64,000 nucleotides of DNA from contig ML996712.1 in assembly GCA_010356995.1 (NCBI GenBank), forward strand, positions 75,204-139,203, written 5' to 3'. The translations under genes and the position numbers were made by a program. Source of the stretch: Trichodelitschia bisporula (Eukaryota). The notes beneath the pieces were generated by a model. The model saw nothing but the letters and a program-made list of their open reading frames with translations. It was not told the DNA's origin and did no database searches. Positions 10,083-21,200 of this stretch are shown here, piece after piece; position 1 is the first letter of the stretch; every line of letters starts with the position of its first letter.

Positions 10083-12170
10083 TCAAATGTCCCACTCCTC
10101 CGCGGGGATAAGGCACACAGGGTGGGGGTCTTTAAGATGAGCCGTGATGTCGAAGCCATGGGACCCAGGCACGTTCTTGAGTAAATGCTCTTCATAGACA
10201 AGTTTCTCCATGAACCGCGAAGCAGTCTGGAAAAGTGGGACTTCCCCGGGCTTGAGTCCAGCAGGGGGGGCCATGGCGTTGACCTCCGCGCCCCCGCTGG
10301 CTGGGATCGTCGCCCCAAGGTAGTTCATCCATTTTCGCACTGCAAGGAGTTCGCGAAAGACCTCTTCGGCAGTCCTGCCCTCCTTTTCCATCACCGCTTG
10401 AACCAGCCCTGGAAGAGGCTCGGACTCCTGCGGCATTGTGTCATCTTCGATTTGCTGCGGATGGGGTTGAAGTGTATCAATATTCTCGTCGTTCTCGGTG
10501 TTCTCGGTGTTCTCCGTGCCGTCATTAAGCTTCTCCAATGCTTTTATGCCCAAAAGCTCGTCGACGTCCTCATCCATGTCTTCCAGGACCCTAAGGCCCA
10601 GGAACTCTTCGGGCTCCTCGGTCATCTCCTCTATGGCTTTGAGGCCCAGGAACTCCTCGGTATCCTCATCGCGCAGCAGAGAAGTGGGGAGCAGCGGCTC
10701 GGCACTGGAAGGCTTTGACGGCTCTTCGAACAGCCCGGCCAAATTCTCGTACACGGAGTCAGATGAGTTCTTGCTCTCAGCACCATCACTGGAGATTGGG
10801 GCGCTAGAGACAGGCAGGCCACGCGCTTCCGCCAATCCGCCAGTGTATGTCTTCCACAGGTGGTTACAACGCTTCTTCGTCATCTTATCGAGGTAAGAAG
10901 ACCATTCAACGTCAAGCTCACTGGCCACATATGTCGGAGGATCAAGACTGGTGGATGTCAGGATGGCGAAGTACAAGCGGCCTCCAAATATTGCTCCCGC
11001 ATCATCGTGGAAGCGTGCGGCGAGGAAATGCTCCACGTCCCAGTGGTAGGCTCTCATTAGATGCTTGTCCATCAAAGACCAGCGGGGCTCGAGTTTCTCA
11101 AGATCCGAGACACTGCTACAGATCTCTGCTTGAAAGAAATCGATATTGGAGAGTGCAATTAGGTCGATGTCGCCTTCCGGGGTCCGCGGAATGACATTTC
11201 CATTGATTTTTCCGAGCTTCTTGAGGTATGCTTCACCACGCGAGTAGAGGTCTGGATACATGTGCTGGAGGTAGGAGTCCATCTCATCCTCATTCTCATC
11301 TGGGATGAAGGGCGGCGGTGCCGGAGTCCAGTCCATGCGGTGGTGAGGCGGCGTGTTGCACGGCGAGCCTAGCTCATAGTCATTCGCATCCTCTGGAATT
11401 GGCATGCTGCTCGTCTGCTTCCCGTCTACAGCGCCTGGATTTTGGGTCTCCTCAATGTCTACGGCGGGGATCATTGTCGGCCCATTTGGATCCGGATTCC
11501 ACACCCATCCGGACCGCTCCCTGTAGCCATATCCGGGGGCGTCAGGGAACTCTGTCTCCTCGGATTTAGGAGATGCCTTCTCCTCGGATTTGGACGACAC
11601 CGTCTGCTCGGACTCAAGCGATGCCGTCTCCTCAGACTCAGACGACGCCCTCTCTTCAGAGTCAGGCAATGCCGTATCCTCAGATGCAGGCATCACCGTC
11701 TCCTCAGATGCTGGCATCACCGTCTCCCCATATGCTGGCATCACCGTCTCATTGGGATGATCAACGGATTCTTGTTCGGTGTCGACGAGCTTCAGCTTCT
11801 CCATAGCCTCAGTGAGCGGCTTCATTTTGGCAAACGTCGCTGGGGATTCGGGTGGCGCCGGAACAGGGGAGAGTAAAATGGGAGGGTTGTGAGGGGAGGT
11901 GAGCTGATGATCATCCGATTCTCGCTGAGCATCGACAAGCTGCAGCTTCTCCATGGCGGCTGTATGCGGCATCATGGCAGCAGTTGTCTTCGGGGATTCG
12001 GGAGGAGCAGGAGCAAGAGATGGCGTGGAGCGTGTGCCTTGGACGGGAGTGAGCCACTCCATCGTCGCGATGACCGATGGGAAACTCTGATTGACGCGTT
12101 CCGTAGCCCCTGCCAATGTGGCGAGACCGAGGAAAGGCATCTGAAAGTATTTAGAGAGTGATTCCAGCAC
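10083..12170 (-). CDS. Hypothetical acidic, repeat-containing protein (695 aa)
   Basis: Long uninterrupted ORF with 8-aa ETVMPASE-type tandem repeats and other internal duplications. No recognisable family. Confidence 0.7.
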   Translation of the reverse strand: MLESLSKYFQMPFLGLATLAGATERVNQSFPSVIATMEWLTPVQGTRSTPSLAPAPPESPKTTAAMMPHTAAMEKLQLVDAQRESDDHQLTSPHNPPILLSPVPAPPESPATFAKMKPLTEAMEKLKLVDTEQESVDHPNETVMPAYGETVMPASEETVMPASEDTALPDSEERASSESEETASLESEQTVSSKSEEKASPKSEETEFPDAPGYGYRERSGWVWNPDPNGPTMIPAVDIEETQNPGAVDGKQTSSMPIPEDANDYELGSPCNTPPHHRMDWTPAPPPFIPDENEDEMDSYLQHMYPDLYSRGEAYLKKLGKINGNVIPRTPEGDIDLIALSNIDFFQAEICSSVSDLEKLEPRWSLMDKHLMRAYHWDVEHFLAARFHDDAGAIFGGRLYFAILTSTSLDPPTYVASELDVEWSSYLDKMTKKRCNHLWKTYTGGLAEARGLPVSSAPISSDGAESKNSSDSVYENLAGLFEEPSKPSSAEPLLPTSLLRDEDTEEFLGLKAIEEMTEEPEEFLGLRVLEDMDEDVDELLGIKALEKLNDGTENTENTENDENIDTLQPHPQQIEDDTMPQESEPLPGLVQAVMEKEGRTAEEVFRELLAVRKWMNYLGATIPASGGAEVNAMAPPAGLKPGEVPLFQTASRFMEKLVYEEHLLKNVPGSHGFDITAHLKDPHPVCLIPAEEWDI

Positions 12171-14704
12171 TGTGAAGCTGCAGACCGACCTTCAGATTTT
12201 TTCTGGTTTCGCAGTGCGATGAGAAAATGAAGCTGGGAAAGCTTTGGGTGGTGAGGAAATTTGAAGACTTGAAATGGAGAAATTGGTTTGTGGTGCACTG
12301 TTGTTATTGGAGAAGAAGAAGAGGAAGAGGAAGAGGAAGAGGAGTGAGAACTGGGAGTTAAAGGGGGCCTGGGAACTGGTTGCCAAGCACACAACTTCCA
12401 TGACCGGCGTCAAAAACTCGCCAGTGAATATTCCGGTAGTGGGGAAAATTAGTGGAAGAAGTGATGTAGCAGGAAAGAGCGCTCGTGGGGCTTCGACTCT
12501 ACATATGGTTGGGAGGATGTGGTTTCGTCTCATATAAGCCATGGCTCAGCAGCCGCGGCACCCACCACAACCACCACAACCTCCGCAACAGCCCTCACCA
12601 CCTATGAACTTAGATCTTCCGCTGGACAAGTGGGTTTTCATAACCAGTTATAGGCAAGGCAAGCTGCAGAATACGTAAAGGAACGTTTGAGGCTCCGACA
12701 CCTCACTGGCAGCGGCGTTCATGAGGGACGCGTATTTGCGCTCCTTGAGTTATACAACCTCATGTTTGTTTCCGCTTGATATCAGAGACAAAGCAGCACC
12801 TTCTACTTTATTAGTCAGACTTTCATTGAGTATCCTCACTCATGTCAGTTCCGAAGCGTCAAGAGTCGATTTACTTCGAGTTCTCAGCAAGGCTGCCAAG
12901 GGGCTAGCACTGAGGTAGCGTGTCTGAGGCACTTCGTATGGAAAGGGAGAATGCTTAAAGAATGCTGCGATTGTATCTTTACCTTCATTGCTTCATGTAC
13001 ATAGTCATTCAGACAGGTTAGTGATATCCGACATAGCCACTCCATTTTGGACGTATCTCCGAAGATTTCTAGCGTGGAAATCATGCGTCGAAGCTCCGCC
13101 CGCTCTATCTCATTGAACACTGTGCACATATCACGGGCATCGGTGTTAAGGGCAGTAGACTTTGGCGGCTGGTTCGGAAAGCAGCACTATGGCCTAATGT
13201 ATGAAAGAGGCAAAAGACCTACAGAACTGCCTGCGTGCATATTTAATAAAGCCCGGGCGCTTAAGCCATGCTTAGAACAGGAGGAAGTCAAGAACGCCAG
13301 ATAACTCTGAAACAGTTGTTCCCGAATTGGAACGGCAAGAACATAGCAAAACCAACTTAACAGACTGTAGGAACACAGTTGAAACGGTGCATAAGCACAA
13401 TGTCATGTAGCATTAGATACACTAACTTTGGCATTCCCCTAGAACTCCCAGCGCCGGCAAGTCCCACTTGGCCGCATTACAAAGCACTTATGATTTCTCG
13501 CCGCTTTATTCGTCCACTTCACCCCACTTCCGCTTCTTCCCCCTCGATGCTCGAAACTAAGGCACGAGGCACTTGACCTCAGTCTCCAGCTCATTACAGA
13601 AATGGTCTAGAAAACCCCACTCCGCCGCGATCTCCGGCCACGCACGAAGGCACATTTGCCCTGTAATGCAGCCAGGCGTCGACAGGCCGCGCTCAAGAGC
13701 TGCACGCAGTACAAGCATCTACCATCAAGGCTGCAATCCTTATCGAACCAAGTAAAGGAATACTCCATTATGACCGACTTTGCGGCCGACTGGTCCACCA
13801 GTATTAGTTGCTGACATACGAGGAAGTACGAAAATTTGCCTTGCCCATGCGGAAGTGCCGCCATGAGACTGTCGAAGTCTCCATGCACGTCCAACTCAGG
13901 AAGATCTACTGAGTTAGCGAGCCGGGCTACGAGCGGTGAAAATGAACGAAACCTTACCAATTGGTACTGGTGCAGGACGAAATTTGCAACACCCGCCTTT
14001 GCCGCCTTATTCTCCTTGTTTTTTCTGGTGGAGGGATACGCTGGTGCCCTGGCCAGCACGGTACAGAAAGGTTTAGCGGACGTTCTTGATGGTTCTGGTG
14101 TTTTGTTTAGGGTAGTGAAAAATCACGCGTTGAGGTGAGGCGGAGGAACAGAATGGCTACCGTACTGAGGTCTCCCATTTCGAAAGGCGGCCTGTGCTCC
14201 GCGCCGATTGGGCGCAATGCCCGCGAGGCTGCCAAGAAATAGCGTAGAGGTTACGCGCAGAATACCCGGCACTGGGCTTCATTACCCGGCAACGATCCCG
14301 CCCCGCTTCGACCAAGAGCAGATAACGATGAAAATAAGTAACAATCAAGTACAGAACGTGGAAGACATCTGTGATTTGCCTTTTGCGGCTGTCCTAAGCC
14401 ATGAGTCGCCTGAGGGCGCGAATTTCGAACAAAGATACAACGGTCACTGAGCGTTCAAGAAATCAATGAAGCTGAACCTTCCTCAGTTGATCCACTCGAG
14501 TTGTTATAAATTTACAGCACAATTTTCAGAATTGGACTTATTCTCTTAAGCAGTACAAAAAAGATCCTTAGAACGGGGCACGGAAGCAGGCGAGCAAGAG
14601 ACACCGTAGTTAAGTTGTCTAACTGAGAGGAAGTACAAGCCCAGCGTATGAACCACTCTCCATCCCCGTTAAACCCGGCATAGCGAGGACATTCAAGCTG
14701 AAGG

Positions 14705-16303
14705 TCACTTCTCCAGAGGCAGATTGTTTACTCCAGCGCTCCATAGCAGCTTCACAAGATCGCGGTCCCTCTCAAACTCTGCAATCTCCCTCTGACCGCG
14801 AATCAGGTCCATGAGCATCCGTGATCTCCTTTCCTCCAGTGCTTTCTCCTCGTCCTCGTCCATCTGTTTGCGCGAAAACACTGCTTTCCCATCAATTTTG
14901 TAAACCTCATCCAGTAGGAACGAGACTTGCTTCTGCTTAGCCGCGACTGCGGCGCGACCGAGTATGTGCGGGTCAACCATGCGGCGGGGCGAAGCGTCCA
15001 TTGTGAAGCGGCCCGGCGTCGTCTTAAGCGATGTGATGAAGCCAAAGTTTGGAGGGTACTGCGCCGTCCGCGGAGTAGAGGACTCGGCTGCGACAATCGA
15101 GGACTCCGCTGAGGCGGTGGATTCTTCGTACTTGGGAGGATGGTCCTTCTCCAGGGCGCCACGCTTGTTGATGCGAAGAGGGGCGGGAAGGAGAAGCTCG
15201 CTATCCCCAGCACCGGACTTAATAGCGGCAAACCGCTTTGCTTGATCCAGAGCCCGGTACCTCTTTTCGGTCTCCTTCCAGTCCGGCGCAATCTCATCCA
15301 GCGTGCTGTCAATCTCCTTCAGGAGCGAGCTCATCATGACGTTTGTACCGTGCCCGAGGCCTTCAGCTTTCGTGGCTTTGGCGCGTTGGTTGCCCTGAGC
15401 CTTGGGGGTTTCGTTGCGGTTGCTAGCTTCGGCTTTCGCGGGTTCGTCGACTTCGCTACCCATAGCGTTTGAGGTCTTCTCGCGTGCACCCTCTTTAGCA
15501 CCGGAATTGGCACTGAAGGGGAAGGAGGCCAAGTTGTCCTCCATGTTGGCTTCAAGACGCTGGTCCGCAGTGTAGGGGGAGACTTGATGCGGGCGTTCGC
15601 TAATGATGAGTTGACCTTTCTTGCGGTCAACTTTGTTGACGGAGGAGATGGTGCTGCAGGTGACAGCACGCGGGCGCTCATAGTTGATCTTTGGTGTACC
15701 CTCGTGGCTCGGCGGTAGTTCCTTTGGCAGCGCCAAGGGCACATCGCTGTTCTGAGCATGCCGAGTGCTCATCTTGTGGGCGTTGAGTAACGCGGCAATT
15801 CTGTGGTCTGTAGAATGCGGCGGAATCACCGGCTTCCGAGTGATTCGAGGCTTTTGGTTCGTGTGCGCCTTTGGGGTTTGAGCCCTCCCTGCATTCTGCT
15901 TCACCTTTTGCTGAGTAAAGAAGCGGTGTCCTGCTGGGTCGATTGTCTGAGCCCTCGCAATCTTCTCATCCACCTCCCTCTGTTGCGTCTCGTGCGCCGG
16001 TGTAACCGTAGGCTCCACTGGAGCGGTGCTCTGTTCATTGTTCTTGTGCTTCTTCTCGAAGCCTATAAACTCTTCACGAGGCTTGCGCGGGCGAGTCTCG
16101 CATTTGCGTGGTTCGCGCGGCACAGTTGACGGCGGCTCAATGACAGGTATATGCGGGAGCCATTGAACTAGGCGCGGGATGCCGTCGTACTTGTATGTGC
16201 GTCGCCGGCATAGATCACCCGGAGTCTGCGCAGGGGCTTCAAAGGCTGCGTTCGTTGCCGACTCACGGGAACGGCGGGCGGTTGACTTAGGATGGGGCTC
16301 CAT
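14705..16303 (-). CDS. Hypothetical protein (532 aa), largely low-complexity/disordered
   Basis: Long ORF with a plausible start context (catcATGG). No recognisable domain. Confidence 0.65.
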   Translation of the reverse strand: MEPHPKSTARRSRESATNAAFEAPAQTPGDLCRRRTYKYDGIPRLVQWLPHIPVIEPPSTVPREPRKCETRPRKPREEFIGFEKKHKNNEQSTAPVEPTVTPAHETQQREVDEKIARAQTIDPAGHRFFTQQKVKQNAGRAQTPKAHTNQKPRITRKPVIPPHSTDHRIAALLNAHKMSTRHAQNSDVPLALPKELPPSHEGTPKINYERPRAVTCSTISSVNKVDRKKGQLIISERPHQVSPYTADQRLEANMEDNLASFPFSANSGAKEGAREKTSNAMGSEVDEPAKAEASNRNETPKAQGNQRAKATKAEGLGHGTNVMMSSLLKEIDSTLDEIAPDWKETEKRYRALDQAKRFAAIKSGAGDSELLLPAPLRINKRGALEKDHPPKYEESTASAESSIVAAESSTPRTAQYPPNFGFITSLKTTPGRFTMDASPRRMVDPHILGRAAVAAKQKQVSFLLDEVYKIDGKAVFSRKQMDEDEEKALEERRSRMLMDLIRGQREIAEFERDRDLVKLLWSAGVNNLPLEK

Positions 16304-16900
16304 GATGGATGATGAGGAGGGCTAAAGGGATGTTAAAGGGGCTTCATAATTCAAGCCACGGAGATCAAGAGAGCTGTAGCGTAACGAAAGATGACTGTCA
16401 CTGCGGAATACGGCGCGGCACAGACGTTACAATTCCGGCTGAGAGAAGAGGTCGGGCCGACGACGTTCTGTTGGTTTGATTTACTAAATATTGTGTCTGC
16501 AGCGAGTACTTACTGCACTAGTGATGAGGAGTTGTGGAGTTCGCTTACTCCAGATAGCCCGGAGTAGTTAGATACACGCAAACACACGCATTGTGTGGAT
16601 CCGGCGGGCTGAGAGTGCTGTGGATGTGTGGAAACACAAAAGCTGGTTACGGATGGGGAAGAAAGCTCGCAGTTGTTGATGTCGCGTTGCCGGTTCAACG
16701 CGTCGCGTTTGTCCATGGCTTCAGTTCAACGCAAAAATGATATCGTCTCAATTGCGTCTGGCTTGTAGGCCGAATCAGTTTCAGAGGCATGATAACTAGA
16801 CTGTAGAGACATACCTGAGGCCCTTACCAAACATGAAAATGATCAACGTCCTTTTCATGTCCGGCAACCCGCGCAAATCTCCAACCTTACATGACCGAAG

Positions 16901-17392
16901 TCAGTCATTCTTGTCGTTTTCCCTTTCTAATTCCCTCCACTCCAACGGGCGGTGTTCGTATCTGAGATCGAGACTCGGCCCCCGCAATTTGGGACTCCGG
17001 TGAGCCAACATGGAGCGCAGGTCTTGCCTCAGGGCCAGCAGGTCGTTGAGGGCTGCGGAGATGAAGTCGCACTTCTCGTGTAGATTCTTCAGCATCGTCG
17101 AAGGCTCCCCAGCGCTAGTGGCGCGGTTACGCCTCTCATAGGCCCAGCTAAGCTCAAACTTGAGCTTGTAAACCTCCTCCGAGATATCCTGCAAATGGCG
17201 CTCAATGTCCCCGAAAGGCCCTGAGTGGATAGGATGGCGCGCCATCATTTCTGAAGGCGAAGGAAGAGGTGTCTCATACCAGAGCCCCCCAATGTTGAAG
17301 GTCGCCGCTTGGAGGCCGGAGACTTTCTCGAGGCTCTTATGCAAGGGGACATCCTCGAGCCACTTCAAAATGCGATGGATTCTTGAGGCCAT
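16901..17392 (-). CDS. Hypothetical protein (163 aa), coiled-coil-like
   Basis: ORF with protein-like composition and amphipathic helices; upstream exons are possible. Confidence 0.4.
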   Translation of the reverse strand: MASRIHRILKWLEDVPLHKSLEKVSGLQAATFNIGGLWYETPLPSPSEMMARHPIHSGPFGDIERHLQDISEEVYKLKFELSWAYERRNRATSAGEPSTMLKNLHEKCDFISAALNDLLALRQDLRSMLAHRSPKLRGPSLDLRYEHRPLEWRELERENDKND

Positions 17393-18082
17393 CTGGGTGA
17401 TCTATAATACGTACGTCTCATAAGCATTTTGCAAGCTTCAACCTTAGAGAATATAAAAATAATGGACATACGAGATGATGTATAAAAGCGATGGGGCTGG
17501 CCCCCCTATGACGAGTGAACAAATGTTAGGACTATTACGAAATTCAGCTGTGGATTTCTGGTTGGAGGATTTTCGTAGACTTTTACATACATTAGAGGCT
17601 TTCAATAATTTCGTGAGCTCACGATGGCGTTCGAGATGGAGTTCGTGTACTGAATTTGATTGTAGGGGGGATGTGGTGGTGATTTCGATCGGTCGCTGAG
17701 ATTTAGTTGCGGGCGTCTAAATTTTGGGGCCGTTGACCAGAATCGTTGGACAGAAGTTAGGTGACCGTCAAGTACGGCGGCATGAACTTTATCCGCCTTT
17801 GATGTCTCGACGTTAATGAGTGCACTTTTGCAAGACAGTGATGCTAAATTATGTTCCGATTCGGTTTCATTTCCTAGGTCTAGTGGAGTGTAGACCATTG
17901 GTCGTCGCTCTTTGTTCTACAAGTTCTTGGGAGCTCTTTCCAAAATCAAGCCCCCTTCTGACTCTCCTCTTCCATCTAACATAACAAAAGAGATGGAGAG
18001 CGATGAGTGTAGGCTTGCCAGCCAAGATATGGAGATGCCGCATGCACGGGAGTCATGGCTTACTACATAAGGACTAGGTTAG

Positions 18083-18283
18083 TGTTGGAATGCAGTGGCT
18101 GTGTTCAGCCTCACCCAATTTCAGCCACAGGGCTCGAGTATAAGTAGACTCGGGGTCCCCACCTCTTTGACAATCAAGCAACTTGTTCATGGACAGACCT
18201 TCCGTCTAACTTGTGATGCTGTGATGTTTCCATTAATCTCACACCTCCTTTTAACACCATTAATCTCACGCCTCCTTTTAACA
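18083..18283 (+). mobile_element. Solo LTR family B with a duplicated 27-bp 3' terminus
   Basis: Reverse complement of 1143-1316. The end ccattaatctcac(a/g)cctccttttaaca occurs twice, and the flanks GTTAG/GGTAG form a near-TSD with one mismatch. Confidence 0.88.
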
Positions 18284-21200
18284 GGTAGCGCTTCGCTTAG
18301 CACCACACCGTGGTTGTGTTAGGCTCAACTTCCTTGTCCCCCCCGCTTTCTCCTCTGCATCTCAATACTGACAATTATCCAGCTGCATTCAGAGCCATGT
18401 GCCTACCGCAGTGACCGCGACAACAGGTCGCTATTCACGGGCCACACCCATCACTCAAACTCCACCCATCGACCTAATGCCGCTCTCCTGCTTACACCTT
18501 CTCCTTACTCTACACTGCGGTCAATACTGTTCCACCATGTGGCACAGCACGTTGCTCGCTGCAGCGACTGCAATGCCATCCGCATCCTTCACAATATATC
18601 GCACGGCAACATTCCGTGCGCCCGGCATAGCCGAGCCACACTGTCGGCATGCCGAGTCACCCGCCCGGCACCTTATAGCCCGGTGGCTGCCTTGATATAC
18701 ACTTCTACAAAATAACATCTACTCTAACAACAATCCCACTGCCGCCATCAGTAGTACGGCATTTTACAACACTCCTCCGCCAGCCCCCAGCGCTGGAACC
18801 CGAACCTCTCGCGTTCGGACTCGGGTACTCGGACGTGGCTCTATTTGCCAGACGACGTCCTCATCGACGAGCTGGACTTTTACACCCCCGGCGCTGTACT
18901 ACAAGATCATCAACTGGCTTAACAATCTTCCCTACCGCCCCTCGCACCCAGCGTCGCATCATCAAGCTGGATCTTTCCTGTGTCACGGTCAACCGGTTAT
19001 GAACCCGGTCGGTCATGGCCATTCGATGGAAGGGGAAGCGGTTGATCTAGCGTGGGAGTATGACCACCGCGGCTGGCTCAGGCGGTTTTAAGCACATTGT
19101 TACGGAGGAGTGGGCAGGGCATTCACGGTCGTAAGGGGGAAATCTTGCATCTAGAAACCTCCAAGCTTGCAAATGAAAGTCAGATGTTCTGATCAAATGG
19201 TCGTGTGCACGTAATGCTAATGGCTTATCCCCCAATGGCTTGAGCCCGATACAATATTTGTCTCTCCAACCATCTTCAAGCGTGATAATAACGCCTTCAC
19301 TAGGATGATGAGCATTTATTCCCTTTTTTTTTTCAGAGAAGAGGCGTGCAACGCAATCGATGCCCTTGCGTTGAAATCCAGTTCCTTCTCATAGGTGAAT
19401 CCTGGTTCTCATTTGCTCCTACCTGGCCTTCATTTGCTCCTGTTTGGCCTTCTTGATATCCTGTTCAACAATCGAGTGGCAATCTTAAGTTTGTTTTGGT
19501 ACTTCGCCGGAACAAGATCTTGCCAAATTGGTACTCATAGAAGACGAAGTTTGCAACATTCGCCTTTGCAACACTATTCTCCTTCTTGTTCTTCACGGCA
19601 GAGGGATAAGCCATCGCCCGGGCTCGGACGGTACAGGAATGTTCGCTTGACATTATCGACTGTCGTCAGGGGCACACAAATCACTGGTTGCACAGCATTG
19701 GTTGTGGAATAACATTCATTGAAAGCTTGAAGAACTATGTAAGGGTTTCGCGTGTGAATGTGGAGTGCGGGGGAGCTGGGAGTGCTAGCGCACAGCCAGC
19801 GCCAAGTCCTCTCCCCTGCAAGTCCAGCCGGGCTGGACTTGCAGGGATCAGGCATCAAGCTTACCGAGTCACGTGACCAATACAGGGGATGTGGCGATAT
19901 GACATGGGAGAGATGATATCCTCCCATGACAACTGTCGTAGGCCGTTGTAGAGAGGTCCATCAACTCCTTCCCCATGCTGTATGGTAAGCTGTTGCCGGA
20001 GAGTGAAAAGACAAAATAAAACGCTCAGAGCTCAAGAAATGAAGTCGCTCCCAGGGTAATAGATCCAGCGTTCGGTACCCGTAGGCACACACGATGAAAT
20101 CATGAGAGTTGTCGATGCGGCAGCTACTTAATGGTCAGTTTCACGTCGGCCGGTAACCACCTGTTTTCTACTTCGCAAAACTCGCTCACCTTATATCACA
20201 ATCACAATAAGCACATGCAACTTTCTAGCTGCATCTCCGAGGCCGTATAGTCCGAAGGCGCGAGATTGCGCGGCTGGAGATATAACGTATAGCGGAAGAA
20301 ACACCGCCGTTTGCTGAGTTGACTTTCGGAACAGAGAGCAATATCGAGGGAAAGAACCCCGGTATATAGTGGGATACGCCATTGCCCGGGCCAACACGCT
20401 ATAAAAAGGTGTGGCGTATATAGGATACTTGCTGATTATACTGCTCGGGCTGCTGGGGACCGCCTTGACAGATGACTGCGAAGATGATTTTTTGAAGGCT
20501 CACGGGCCAGACAACGAAGGCCGAGACCCTTCGTCGTCCGAGTCATCGGAATCTTGAGAAAATGCTCCAACGCGGGATTTGGCGGCGGGTTTGACCTTCG
20601 CGATGCCGGCGGGCTGCGTACGGGCTTTTGAGGGCCCGGACGACGACGAGCTCAAGCTCAAAATGAAGCGGTAGCAGCCCTTGATCGTTCGAGCGGAGGC
20701 AACTTGCGCAGGGGAATTTGAAGGCCCAGATGGTGATGCTCCGGGCTTTCCTCCCTGTCAAGTCCGCGCCCGTGCAGGAACTGGAAGAGGCGAGCCAGCC
20801 CAGCCTCCCGCGACGGGGCACGGCACAATCTCGCCGTGGGCAAGAAACCCAAGTCGCCAATCAGGCATACCGCAGGGGCAAACTCTCCAAAGCAGCAGGA
20901 AAGCTGAACCCAGTAGGCTTGTTCTCCGAAGCAGCAGGCTTGCTGGGTTGACCGAAGGCGCCGGTGGGGTGTGAAGGCGCCGGTGGGGTGTGAAGGGGCC
21001 GGGGCGGGGCTCAGTCGATGCAGCAGCGGTGAAATTCTTCGGGAGACCAAGAGCTAGCTTCTTAAGCTGGGCGGCCACGGCGAGCCATGGGTTCGAACTT
21101 TTTGTGAGTCGAGAAGGACGTCTGAAACCTGTTACCGTCGCTCACATAACACAGGAGAATCTTCAACATACGACAGACTAATTCCGCTTGAAAAGGCGCT

